A DNA stretch of 64,000 nucleotides from a virus: the IMG/VR virus record IMGVR_UViG_3300031784_000026, positions 3,012 to 67,011 of that record. One strand, given 5' to 3'. Under the pieces are notes generated by a model. That model was not told the origin of the DNA, searched no databases, and was given only the letters and a program-made list of their open reading frames with translations. A program made the position numbers and the translations under genes. Positions 9,237-18,049 of the stretch are shown here, one piece after another (positions within the stretch are counted from its first letter, which is position 1; every line of letters starts with the position of its first letter).

Positions 9237-9508
9237 CGTTTTCTGGCTTGACGGAGACGGCTATTCGGATCTTTCGCGGCCTCCGGAAACTGTTTCATTT
9301 GTCCGGCAGAGCGAGCACAGAATGACTTACGGCGCTTTGCCCTTTCACCGGATGGGTTCGATTCGGTCACCGCTGTCTTCAGCTTTGAACCGGGGTTTGC
9401 ACGGCGATAGGCTTTCACGCCTTTCTCCGTCATTCCAGCACCTTTTTTAGTGGCGCGGAAATTTCCAGATTTCACGGAGGTTTTGATGCCCATACCTTTA
9501 GCCATCAC
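9221..9508 (-). CDS. Basic protein, DUF6321-like
   Basis: GMTEKGVKAYR...NPGSKLK...RRKSFCARS...RKRWRC. Confidence 0.7.
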   Translation of the reverse strand: MMAKGMGIKTSVKSGNFRATKKGAGMTEKGVKAYRRANPGSKLKTAVTESNPSGERAKRRKSFCARSAGQMKQFPEAAKDPNSRLRQARKRWRCR

Positions 9509-10299
9509 GCAGTCCCCGCGTCATTTTTAATGAGAACAAGTATAAACATGCTTGAGCAGGCGTTATTGGCAGCAGATCCAACAGCCTGTGCTTCAATCGT
9601 TGTCTTTTCTGGAACCGCCAAAGGGTACTCAAAAGCATAATCTGCCGAGCCATTGTTAATTGTGACGATAGCTGCGGTGCGACGAACATCATCCGTACCA
9701 CGAGTCATTAAACGGCCCGTAACGGCATTTGAACCTGTAATTTGTCCCGAAGAAAAAAGACCTTGCTCCACATAACCAGTATAGCCAGCAGGAATGGTGT
9801 AGCTACCGGTAACCCTAGTGTTATAGTCGTACTGGATAATGTCATAAACGGTTGCTGGGACGCCCGACGTAACAACCCCAGTCCCAAAATAAATGCTGCC
9901 TGCGGCACTATCCAGCGACCCGGCAGTGGCAACATAACACTGGTTAATGTGGAGATAAGAGTTTGCCGTAAGAACAGCAGTCTGACCGTTTAATGATACA
10001 ATTTCACTAACCACATTATGATCAGCGTTTAGCCCCTCAACATATACAGTTCTAGCACCTGTTCCCGCTGCTGTATCATCAGCATTATCTGAGCTTACTT
10101 TCATCTGTAAAGCAGTGGCAGGAAATTGAAGAATACCACCATAAGGCCAAACAGTTTCCACGGATGTATCGACGTCTGAGTTGTATCCAAACACAATGAC
10201 ACTTTGATGCCACGGGATCTGACCACGCGCCACTTGCAGATTGAACGGTTCATACGTTCCAACCCTCGATATTGATGCAGGTGGACGCGGAGCAGCCAT
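9505..10299 (-). CDS. Virion structural protein
   Basis: VFGYNSDVD...SSDNADDTAAGTGARTV...YTIPAGYT; late operon. Confidence 0.7.
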   Translation of the reverse strand: MAAPRPPASISRVGTYEPFNLQVARGQIPWHQSVIVFGYNSDVDTSVETVWPYGGILQFPATALQMKVSSDNADDTAAGTGARTVYVEGLNADHNVVSEIVSLNGQTAVLTANSYLHINQCYVATAGSLDSAAGSIYFGTGVVTSGVPATVYDIIQYDYNTRVTGSYTIPAGYTGYVEQGLFSSGQITGSNAVTGRLMTRGTDDVRRTAAIVTINNGSADYAFEYPLAVPEKTTIEAQAVGSAANNACSSMFILVLIKNDAGTA

Positions 10300-10308
10300 T
10301 TATACCCC

Positions 10309-10710
10309 TCAACCGTAGTTCTTCGTCATCTCAAGGACGACAGTGTATCTATCACCAGCGGTTGCACCGACTGTTGTGAACAATACGTCGCCGGTCTTAC
10401 CGCTGCCTGCGTTGTTTGACAAACCGCCAAAGCGTTCAAAGTCAAACGTAACGAATTGATCAGCACCGATGGTATAGCAAACAACGTCGGTCGTTGCATC
10501 CCAAAGGATATCAACGCCCATGCCTACCGTCATGGCATCAAGTCTTACGATATTCACGCTTGAGCAAGGCGTTCCTTGATAGGCCGCCAAAGCAGAAACA
10601 TCCACCTTGATCACGGCGGACTCACCACTGCCATCTGAGATATTCGTAAACTTCATGACAGCCGTTTTAGAGCCGTCAAAAACTACCTGCGAAGCTACTG
10701 CATCCGCCAT
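10309..10710 (-). CDS. Virion structural protein
   Basis: MADAVASQ...FTNISDGSGESAV; AGGAG RBS. Confidence 0.7.
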   Translation of the reverse strand: MADAVASQVVFDGSKTAVMKFTNISDGSGESAVIKVDVSALAAYQGTPCSSVNIVRLDAMTVGMGVDILWDATTDVVCYTIGADQFVTFDFERFGGLSNNAGSGKTGDVLFTTVGATAGDRYTVVLEMTKNYG

Positions 10711-10771
10711 GTGATTCTCCTACAAAACAGGTTGTAAGGGCGATGCAATGGTTGCACCGCCCCTAATCACA

Positions 10772-11248
10772 TTAGGCGGTGTATGTGCCGTGCTGGATGT
10801 AGTTCACAACGAGTGTGCCAGCGCCAGCGCCGGTGTTTGTCGATGTGACACGGATCTTGACGTCAGTAGTGCCGACATTGACCCAGTTACCGACGCGGGT
10901 TGCGTCAGCGCCAGCCGTTGCTGCGATGATGCCGAGCGTACCGCCAGCAACTGCGCCAGCAGCCGTGAAAGCCGTTGCAGAAGCCGTTGAGCCGATGCCG
11001 AGCGTGGAGGCTGCGCCGTCCCAAACTGTCGTTACAAAAAGCTGAATGCTTGTGATTGTCGAGCCCGCAGGGATCACAATGTTGGTCGTGTAAACACCAG
11101 CCGAACCACCGTTCGTAGCTTGCGTGATTGCTTCTTTTTGAGAAAGAACAACTTCACCAATGTTGGCAACGTCCGTGCCGAGTGTGGTGCCGGTTGTGTA
11201 TTTGATTGGGCCCGAGCGAAGCGGGCCGGAGAAAGTCGTGGTGCCCAT
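10772..11248 (-). CDS. Capsid-associated (decoration-like) protein
   Basis: MGTTTFSGPLRSG N-terminus, beta-rich, directly downstream of the major capsid gene. Confidence 0.65.
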   Translation of the reverse strand: MGTTTFSGPLRSGPIKYTTGTTLGTDVANIGEVVLSQKEAITQATNGGSAGVYTTNIVIPAGSTITSIQLFVTTVWDGAASTLGIGSTASATAFTAAGAVAGGTLGIIAATAGADATRVGNWVNVGTTDVKIRVTSTNTGAGAGTLVVNYIQHGTYTA

Positions 11249-11312
11249 TAGGGTCTCCTGTCATTGGGTATGTCAGCCACTATGGCTGTCAGGGACTAAA
11301 AAACTGTATAAC

Positions 11313-11342
11313 AAAAAGGGGGCTGACACAAGTCCAGCCCCC
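11313..11342 (-). terminator. Rho-independent terminator after the major capsid gene
   Basis: - strand GGGGGCTG-loop-CAGCCCCC followed by TTTTT. Confidence 0.75.
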
Positions 11343-11369
11343 AATCTGTTGTAACACGGTCAGTGCAAA

Positions 11370-12278
11370 TTACGCACCTTGTGAACCGTAGATACCGCGC
11401 GGGTCAGACCAACCGAACGAATAACGCTCGCGGGCCTTGTAGCGCACGTTGCCTGTGTCGAAGTCGCCTTCAAGAGCGGTCTTGAGGGGCGAACGAACGA
11501 AGTGCTTCATGCCGTTCGGCGCATCGGTCTTCACAAACCACGCATCAGGGTCAGTCAAGAAGTGATTGACCGCGAAGCCATCAGGCAGGTAGCTGCCCGA
11601 CTTGATCGCGTTGATATCGTTGTCTGCTGTGCCGGTGCGTTGTTCCGACTTCAAGAGGCGCTGTGCAGTGAACTGAAGCTGCGGAGGAATGATGAGCTTC
11701 ATGCCACGGAGAGCGACCTTGAGACCACGTTCGTCGATGAACAAGGAGATATCAATGAGGGCCTGCTCAAGCGAGGTTTCATTGAGGTCAGCTTGCGTCG
11801 AGAGCGTGTTCGACCAGTTGCCACCCATTGCAGTCGGGTGAGCCGAGTTCACCAACGAGACGCCGTCGCCGCCTGCATATGAAGACGAGAACGCGTTGTT
11901 GAGAACCGAAGCTGCCTTAACCTGCTTGGTGTTCGACATTGAACGGGCCAAAGCGCGGGTGTAGCGAGCCGACAACTTGTCGTAGAGGTTGTCTTCCACA
12001 GCTTCTTCCGTGATGGCGAATGCAAGAGCAATCGTCTCATGGGTGTAGCGAGCCGTGAAAGATTCGCCTGCCTGATCATAAGCGACGGCAGCGCCTTCGC
12101 CTTTCACAGGGGCTTGTTCAAAGCCATAGAGCATAACCTCTTCTTCGAATGCACGGTCTGAATTCTCCGTATCGAAGATTTCAGCGTGTTCGTTGTCGTA
12201 GCGGTCATACTCCAAGCCAAAGAGGGCATTGAGGCCGGGCTCAAGCTCTTTGAGGAGTTGTGAACGGGTAATTGCCAT
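11370..12278 (-). CDS. Major capsid protein (HK97 fold, Mu gpT-like)
   Basis: MAITRSQLLKELEPGLNALFG...ITEEAVEDNLY...RERYSFGWSDPRG; followed by a terminator. Confidence 0.9.
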   Translation of the reverse strand: MAITRSQLLKELEPGLNALFGLEYDRYDNEHAEIFDTENSDRAFEEEVMLYGFEQAPVKGEGAAVAYDQAGESFTARYTHETIALAFAITEEAVEDNLYDKLSARYTRALARSMSNTKQVKAASVLNNAFSSSYAGGDGVSLVNSAHPTAMGGNWSNTLSTQADLNETSLEQALIDISLFIDERGLKVALRGMKLIIPPQLQFTAQRLLKSEQRTGTADNDINAIKSGSYLPDGFAVNHFLTDPDAWFVKTDAPNGMKHFVRSPLKTALEGDFDTGNVRYKARERYSFGWSDPRGIYGSQGA

Positions 12279-12291
12279 TGTCCATTACTCC

Positions 12292-12909
12292 TTAGACGCC
12301 AGCGCCTGTGCCGTTAGCACAGTAGCGATAGAAGTGATTGTTAAGCTGAACGATGGCAATGCGGCCAGCAACCGACGGATCCGAGTCGTTCGGCGTATCT
12401 ACGAAGCCGAGGATGCGGAGGTTGAGGGTGTTGGTCGTGTTAGCCGTCGAAACCGCAAGCTCTGCCGAAGAAAGACCCGAGGTCGTTGAACCCGAGGTTG
12501 CCGAGGCAAGGTTTGCGTTAGCGTGGATGAGTGAGTCTGCTGCTGCCGCATCGCAGTTAATTGCGAATGTTGCATCTGGGTCAGAAACAATCGTTGCTGT
12601 CGCGGCAGTGTTTGCCTTAACAGCAGCGGTTCCCGGCCAGTACGGCGACCACTTGGGCTTGCCCGTGAGGTCGATGTAGTTGCAGCCCATGAAAACGCCG
12701 AGAAGCGGAACAGTACCGCCGTTGGCATTGCCGACGATGTCGACCAAGCCGTTGGCGAGCGGAATCACAGGGGTGCCCTGATAGATAACGCTTGAGGTAC
12801 CAGCCGTCGAAGCCGTCTGAATGCTGTAGACGACGTCGCCGGTTGAGTTTACACCGCTTCCAAGCATACGATACGGCTTCAAGCCGAACGCGGCATCTGT
12901 ATTTGCCAT
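12292..12909 (-). CDS. Capsid cement/minor capsid protein
   Basis: MANTDAAFGLKP...GVFMGCNY...DPD; immediately upstream of MCP. Confidence 0.65.
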   Translation of the reverse strand: MANTDAAFGLKPYRMLGSGVNSTGDVVYSIQTASTAGTSSVIYQGTPVIPLANGLVDIVGNANGGTVPLLGVFMGCNYIDLTGKPKWSPYWPGTAAVKANTAATATIVSDPDATFAINCDAAAADSLIHANANLASATSGSTTSGLSSAELAVSTANTTNTLNLRILGFVDTPNDSDPSVAGRIAIVQLNNHFYRYCANGTGAGV

Positions 12910-12925
12910 TGCTTAGATCCTTTGT

Positions 12926-13381
12926 TCAGGAGGTTCTTGGACCTCCAAACGTGACACGGGATTGCCGATCAGGTTTCTGAATCGGCATAGTTGAATTGCT
13001 CTCTCGCATCAGGTCGTTATCCACCGCGATGATCTGATCACCAGCCATTTTACGGTAGTAAGCATTACGCTGATCGACGAGTTCTTTTGGAATACGAGCC
13101 AAGACCAGACCACCTACCGCAATCACTCCGGCATGTTTGCCGTCCTGAAGGCTCGGGAGATCGTCCCGATCTGGATATTCCTCTGCGCGAACCAATTCGT
13201 AGCCTTCGCGAAGGCGAGCGGACATATTCTTCCGGTCATCGAACCCGTTGGTTTCGTAACGAATCCAACGGTGAACAAAGCCCTCCGGAGCCGGAGGTGC
13301 GTCCAAGGTGGACGGGGGGCGCCAGACTTTTGGTCTAACGGATTTTTCACGGGTCACTTCTGCACGTCCAGTACGAGTCAT
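12926..13381 (-). CDS. Conserved head-module protein
   Basis: WRPPSTLDAPPAPEGFVHRWIR...REGYELVR...GGLVLARIP. Confidence 0.75.
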   Translation of the reverse strand: MTRTGRAEVTREKSVRPKVWRPPSTLDAPPAPEGFVHRWIRYETNGFDDRKNMSARLREGYELVRAEEYPDRDDLPSLQDGKHAGVIAVGGLVLARIPKELVDQRNAYYRKMAGDQIIAVDNDLMRESNSTMPIQKPDRQSRVTFGGPRTS

Positions 13382-14286
13382 TGTACTCTCTCCTGTACGA
13401 GCTTCAGTTGCCGTTTGTAGTCATCATAACTGACTCCCAACCTTTTGGCAATTGTCTTCTGGGTTTCGCTGAGTTCAACGTCACCTGAAGAGCGTTTTAC
13501 CTGTGTTGGACGGGCTGAAGCTACGGGGTTGTTGGGTTTCTTTACTGCGGGCTGCGTAAACTTATGTGGGAATTCCTGACGGATACGCTTATCCAACTCA
13601 CGATAGTAATCATCATCCGTGGCTGAATAACCTTCCTGCATAAGATCTTCGTGAATGCCCAAAGCCTCTTGAGTCATGGCTCGATCTTTTCCGAACCATA
13701 CATTTTTCTCGGCCCAGTTCTGGGCTTTTGGATCAGGCGACGCTTCTCTGGGTTGCGGAGGCGGAGGCGTTTGTCTTGTCGGTGCCTCAACTTCCTGCTG
13801 CCTGTAGGCCCGATAGTTGTGTAGACGTTCACGTTCAGTCGCCAAACGAACAAGGTTTGTTTGGATCTCAACCTGCTTATCTACGTCGCCACTATCTACG
13901 GCAAACTTAAGTTGGTCGCGATAAAGCTGCTCTTGAGTGGAAAGGCGTGTCTCTGCCTCGGACTCAAAACTTTTGCTAAGGGTTGTCTCACGTTTCCGGA
14001 TTTCATCCAGTTCCGTTTTGACAGCCTTGGCGTAATCAAGGGCTTCTTGTTCGCGGCGCTGCGCTTCCCTAGCCTTATAGGTAAGCTTGTTAATTCGCCT
14101 TTTGACGGTCTCACTATACGAAGAAAGCTCGTCATCTTCGTCTTCAGAGGCTTTTTTCTTCGGCTCCTCTGCCTGTTCCTCTTTATCAGAGGCCTCGGCG
14201 GAGGCGGCTTCTACCTCTTTTTCAGGGGCAGACTCGGACTCTTGTTCTTCAACAACGTCCTTTTCCTTGTCTTCTTCCTCGAGCAT
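13378..14286 (-). CDS. Capsid scaffolding protein
   Basis: Acidic N-terminus, long coiled coil, C-terminal LSETQKTIAKRLGVS; position before MCP. Confidence 0.7.
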   Translation of the reverse strand: MLEEEDKEKDVVEEQESESAPEKEVEAASAEASDKEEQAEEPKKKASEDEDDELSSYSETVKRRINKLTYKAREAQRREQEALDYAKAVKTELDEIRKRETTLSKSFESEAETRLSTQEQLYRDQLKFAVDSGDVDKQVEIQTNLVRLATERERLHNYRAYRQQEVEAPTRQTPPPPQPREASPDPKAQNWAEKNVWFGKDRAMTQEALGIHEDLMQEGYSATDDDYYRELDKRIRQEFPHKFTQPAVKKPNNPVASARPTQVKRSSGDVELSETQKTIAKRLGVSYDDYKRQLKLVQERVQ

Positions 14287-14305
14287 GAATCACTCCATGT
14301 TGCGC

Positions 14306-14806
14306 TTAGACGTGCAAGACGTCAGCGGGGTCTAGAATAGTCGCGATTACCTCGTCATCATTGATGATTCGGACTTCACCACCGTCGATACGGAATCGTG
14401 CTCCGGCATACCGCCCGATCATGACCCAATCGCCCTTCTTGCACCAAGGGCCGGTAGGAAATTTTTCCTTGTCATTGTAGGCTTCAGGCCCAATGGCAAG
14501 TACATACCCCACCACAGTGGTCAAAGAGTTCCGTTCAACGGTCTCGTCCGCATACAGGACGCCGCCTTTGGACTGTTTTGGGCCACGGTAGGGGAGAATG
14601 AGAACGCGCCATCCCGTTGGTTTAGGGAGGCGTTCCATAACATTAGCTGGGATCTTCGTGGGATCTAGAGATCGTTCGACCTCTGGGACATAAGCATCGG
14701 CTACTGTGGGTTCTGTCGGTGCTTCTTGCGCGGGAACCGGAGATGCCGGGGCTTTTTTGGCTTTAACGGCCTTTGCTACGTGATCGGGTAGAATCAGACC
14801 ACTCAT
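14306..14806 (-). CDS. GroES/Cpn10-like co-chaperonin
   Basis: PTGWRVLI...SKGGVLY...VLAIGP...KKGDWV...YAG...IINDDEVIA Cpn10 pattern. Confidence 0.85.
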   Translation of the reverse strand: MSGLILPDHVAKAVKAKKAPASPVPAQEAPTEPTVADAYVPEVERSLDPTKIPANVMERLPKPTGWRVLILPYRGPKQSKGGVLYADETVERNSLTTVVGYVLAIGPEAYNDKEKFPTGPWCKKGDWVMIGRYAGARFRIDGGEVRIINDDEVIATILDPADVLHV

Positions 14807-14996
14807 CGTCGTTACCACTCTTCTTCAGCAGAGAGACTATCTGCTCCTCTACCGACACAAACGCTTCGTATTGAGAGCGAAGCTTTTGATAGGTAGCGAA
14901 GTCCGGAACAGACCCCTCTGTTATCTGTTCCGTTAGGACTGTAGTCCTTTCGCGTAGGAATTTAAGAATATTTTCAGCTAAGTAAAGGCCGTCCAC
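14763..14996 (-). CDS. Hypothetical protein
   Basis: 77 aa helical ORF, GTG start with AAGGGG RBS. Confidence 0.65.
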   Translation of the reverse strand: MDGLYLAENILKFLRERTTVLTEQITEGSVPDFATYQKLRSQYEAFVSVEEQIVSLLKKSGNDDEWSDSTRSRSKGR

Positions 14997-15010
14997 GGGT
15001 TGTTCCCCTT

Positions 15011-15514
15011 TTATTTAGGTGAGTTCTCATGCTTGTGAGCAGACCCAAAATAATACGATAGCACCAGCATCAGAGCCCCATCCAATGTACCAAGGACTCG
15101 AGCCACAAGCTCCCGCATAGAACCGTCGATAACATTGTGCAATAAGAACCATTGGACTGTCCCCCACGCAACCACAACGATCACGGCAAGAACGCGCGGT
15201 GTCAGGTCATGGGTGACCATTGCCATCTTGCGTGCTGAATCACGGTCAGACGCCGCAATTCTTTCCAGATCTATATCCAGAGATTTCATTTGGACTTTGA
15301 AATCAGCATCGATCTTTTTCAACGCGGCGAGCTGATCTGCTGTCGGATTAGCGAGAGCAGTTTTAATATCATCAGCCGTCGCGTCCTCGTGACCAAACAA
15401 AGCTCCTGATAAGGCTTTAACCGCCATGCCTGCGACTGGCCCGCCAAGAGCTGTGGCAATCGTAGGGGCAACGGAACCAATAAGCGGCCCAAACGTCTTG
15501 AGAATGTCCATCAC
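15011..15514 (-). CDS. Holin-like membrane protein (3TM type)
   Basis: VAPTIATALGGP N-terminus, DRDSARK, two TM segments, YYFGS. Confidence 0.65.
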   Translation of the reverse strand: MMDILKTFGPLIGSVAPTIATALGGPVAGMAVKALSGALFGHEDATADDIKTALANPTADQLAALKKIDADFKVQMKSLDIDLERIAASDRDSARKMAMVTHDLTPRVLAVIVVVAWGTVQWFLLHNVIDGSMRELVARVLGTLDGALMLVLSYYFGSAHKHENSPK

Positions 15515-15783
15515 TTGCCCTCCGTGACTTTTTCTAGGATGCGAACGCGCACCGACAATTCATTGAGCTTACCCGTCAACTCATCACGCAACTTATACCG
15601 CGCTTCTGCCGACAACGGACTATCGGTTGGTGTCCCCTGTGGCGTGATTAACATTGGCATTTTGCTCTCAAGTTCCTGAACCTTGACTTGCAAAGTTGTG
15701 ATCTGCGTCAAAAGCCAACCAATCGCCGCCAGAAGGACGGGAAAGAGCATGTTAATGATTTTGCTGAAGTCAAAATGGTCCAT
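15511..15783 (-). CDS. Single-TM coiled-coil protein
   Basis: N-terminal hydrophobic LFPVLLAAIGWLL followed by a coiled coil. Confidence 0.65.
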   Translation of the reverse strand: MDHFDFSKIINMLFPVLLAAIGWLLTQITTLQVKVQELESKMPMLITPQGTPTDSPLSAEARYKLRDELTGKLNELSVRVRILEKVTEGK

Positions 15784-16250
15784 CAGTGAGCTCCAAGCAC
15801 AATTATTAACCCAATAACACCCATAACAATAATGAGCCCACCAACAATGCTTCCAACAAGTATTGCATCTTTACGGGCTTCTTCCATCTCTTCTGCGTGT
15901 AGTCGTGCCTGACGGGCAGCTTCTCTTTTCATTTCAGCAACCTGTTTTTGGATGTAGTCCCAAGCGTTTTTCCCATGTTGGGAAATGAACAGGTTTTTTG
16001 CATCAAGCGCCAACTGATTAGCTTTGGCCTTGGCGCTATAAAGTTTCATGGCCTCAGCTTCAAAGTCTTCCGTGGATTGGAACAGGCGTTTCTTTCGTGG
16101 CAGCGAAACGAGCTGCACGACTTTAGCCACCTCAGACATCAGACTACTGACACGGCGTGCCGTATCTACAACGTCCTCACCCGCACTAACTGCGGACTTG
16201 AGGCCGCTATAGATAGCGGTAGCACCGGCCAGTATTGTAAAAGGATCCAT
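15783..16250 (-). CDS. Membrane protein (C-terminal TM)
   Basis: MDPFTILAGA...; C-terminal AILVGSIVGGLIIVMGVIGLIIVLG. Confidence 0.7.
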   Translation of the reverse strand: MDPFTILAGATAIYSGLKSAVSAGEDVVDTARRVSSLMSEVAKVVQLVSLPRKKRLFQSTEDFEAEAMKLYSAKAKANQLALDAKNLFISQHGKNAWDYIQKQVAEMKREAARQARLHAEEMEEARKDAILVGSIVGGLIIVMGVIGLIIVLGAH

Positions 16251-16444
16251 TAGCGGACGATGAACATCTGACCGCGAAGCATCGCACCAAAGCCGCGAGC
16301 TTTCATTTCACCCTTTGAAGGTGCGCCCGGAACAGCTACGTTTTCCGTCTTACGGAAAGGAACTGTGCCTTGGCCCTCAATCACTTGCACCATATCATCG
16401 ACCTTAGGGGTCTTTGTCTTAGCACGCTTAATCGGATAAACCAT
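16250..16444 (-). CDS. Small basic protein (start re-set to MVYPIK)
   Basis: GAGGAG RBS; C-terminal KARGFGAMLRG. Confidence 0.6.
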   Translation of the reverse strand: MVYPIKRAKTKTPKVDDMVQVIEGQGTVPFRKTENVAVPGAPSKGEMKARGFGAMLRGQMFIVR

Positions 16445-16445
16445 A

Positions 16446-18047
16446 TCATTCTCCTCTATTACGTCCGTACTTACGGAAGTATTCTTCGTCAGAGAGATTA
16501 GCGTCGCTAGAGCCTTCTGACTTGCCACCAAACAAAGAGGCAATGCCTTGCCCCAACCCACCGAAGATTGCTTCGCCGAGATCTTTTACATAATAATCGA
16601 CAACTGGCCCCTGACCAAAGTCTACGATGCGTGACTTAACTTTGCTCATGTCGCCGCCAGCAAAGTCCTCTGCATACTTCTGCTTTGCGTATCCGATATC
16701 AGCCTCCGGATAGGTTGAAGTACGTCCTTGCGCTTCAAGCTGCGAAACGCGACCACCAGTATCAAATAGACTACCAAGCCACTCACCAAAAGTCTGTGGA
16801 CTCGACGACGCTGCTTGCGCCGCCGTTTGTGCCCCTCCCCCAGACACAGTCACGCCTAGCCCTTCTTGCATACCAGAAGCGGGCGAACCCATAAACACAT
16901 CGGCAGGAGAACCTGCTTCCATGAATGTACGTGGCTCTCTTACTCTTGCCCCCGCTACTTTAGCGTTAACCGTACCAAGAACATCGGCAACGGTTTTGTT
17001 ATCACCAAGAATAGAAGGATTATACCGAACAGCTTTTTCTCCAACCACCTCAGAGATTGGTGTATCAGGGGCAGCTTTTAATGCTTTTACAGCAGCGTTT
17101 ACGCCAAGGAAGTGTGAGGTATAAAGACTTTCCGGCGTAATAGCGATGCCGTTGTCGCGAAGTGTGCGGGCATTTTCTATCGCAAGATTTCTAGCCATCT
17201 CCGTAGAAAGGACCGGATTGAAACGCAGATCCAAAACTTCTTGTTCTGTGCGGCCCTGTAGAAGGTCTGGGCGAGTCTTAGCAACTGTATCAAGCCACGT
17301 TCCCTCCGTGAACTGATATAAACCAGAGGCCGAACTTTGTTTGTTCTTTGCCAATGGATCTCCGCCACTTTCAATAATTGCGGTTCTATCCAAGAAGTTG
17401 TTGAGAGTATCGCGGTATGTGTAATCAAGATTTTTACGAATAGCAGATTCAGGCACACCACGACGTTGTGGACCTGTCTCCTGACCCATCATTGGGTTGA
17501 AGTCATACTTACCGAACTGTGCTCCCAAGTCTGGGATTGTGTAGCCGGTAGGTCGAATAGCTTCTGTTGTGGGTGCAATAGCCATCGTTGGCTGTGGCAC
17601 GTTTGCAAAGATCGACGGCATCCCTACCGTGTAGGGAGTCATCTGATACTGAGCAAAATTAGGGAATGATATTGGTGCAGTTTGCGGCTGAACTTGTGGA
17701 GCCATGCCATAGCGCATTGTCTCGGCAGGCGAAAATGGAAATGCGCTGGTCACATTAGAGCCACGGCCCTGACCCATCGCAAGCCCCATGTTCACAGGCA
17801 TGGCCGCTTCGGCTGGTGCTACAGGGCGAACATCAGTTACGTTTGAACCACGCCCTTGAGATTGATAGTCACGACCGCCGCCACCCGCCGGTGTGCCAGC
17901 GCCGGTTGTACCGAAGCCGCCCCCGCCACCTACGGATCCACCGCCACCCGTTCCGAAGCCGGGCGTGTCGCCTGCGCGTGGGTTAAACCCGCCACCAAGA
18001 CCGTAACCAGAATTAAAGGACCCGCCACCATATTCTCTGTCTGGCAT
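16446..18047 (-). CDS. Virion protein with lysozyme/lytic transglycosylase-like domain
   Basis: IIESGGDPLAKN..SSASGLYQFTEGTW...LYTSHFLG. Confidence 0.75.
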   Translation of the reverse strand: MPDREYGGGSFNSGYGLGGGFNPRAGDTPGFGTGGGGSVGGGGGFGTTGAGTPAGGGGRDYQSQGRGSNVTDVRPVAPAEAAMPVNMGLAMGQGRGSNVTSAFPFSPAETMRYGMAPQVQPQTAPISFPNFAQYQMTPYTVGMPSIFANVPQPTMAIAPTTEAIRPTGYTIPDLGAQFGKYDFNPMMGQETGPQRRGVPESAIRKNLDYTYRDTLNNFLDRTAIIESGGDPLAKNKQSSASGLYQFTEGTWLDTVAKTRPDLLQGRTEQEVLDLRFNPVLSTEMARNLAIENARTLRDNGIAITPESLYTSHFLGVNAAVKALKAAPDTPISEVVGEKAVRYNPSILGDNKTVADVLGTVNAKVAGARVREPRTFMEAGSPADVFMGSPASGMQEGLGVTVSGGGAQTAAQAASSSPQTFGEWLGSLFDTGGRVSQLEAQGRTSTYPEADIGYAKQKYAEDFAGGDMSKVKSRIVDFGQGPVVDYYVKDLGEAIFGGLGQGIASLFGGKSEGSSDANLSDEEYFRKYGRNRGE

Positions 18048-18049
18048 GA

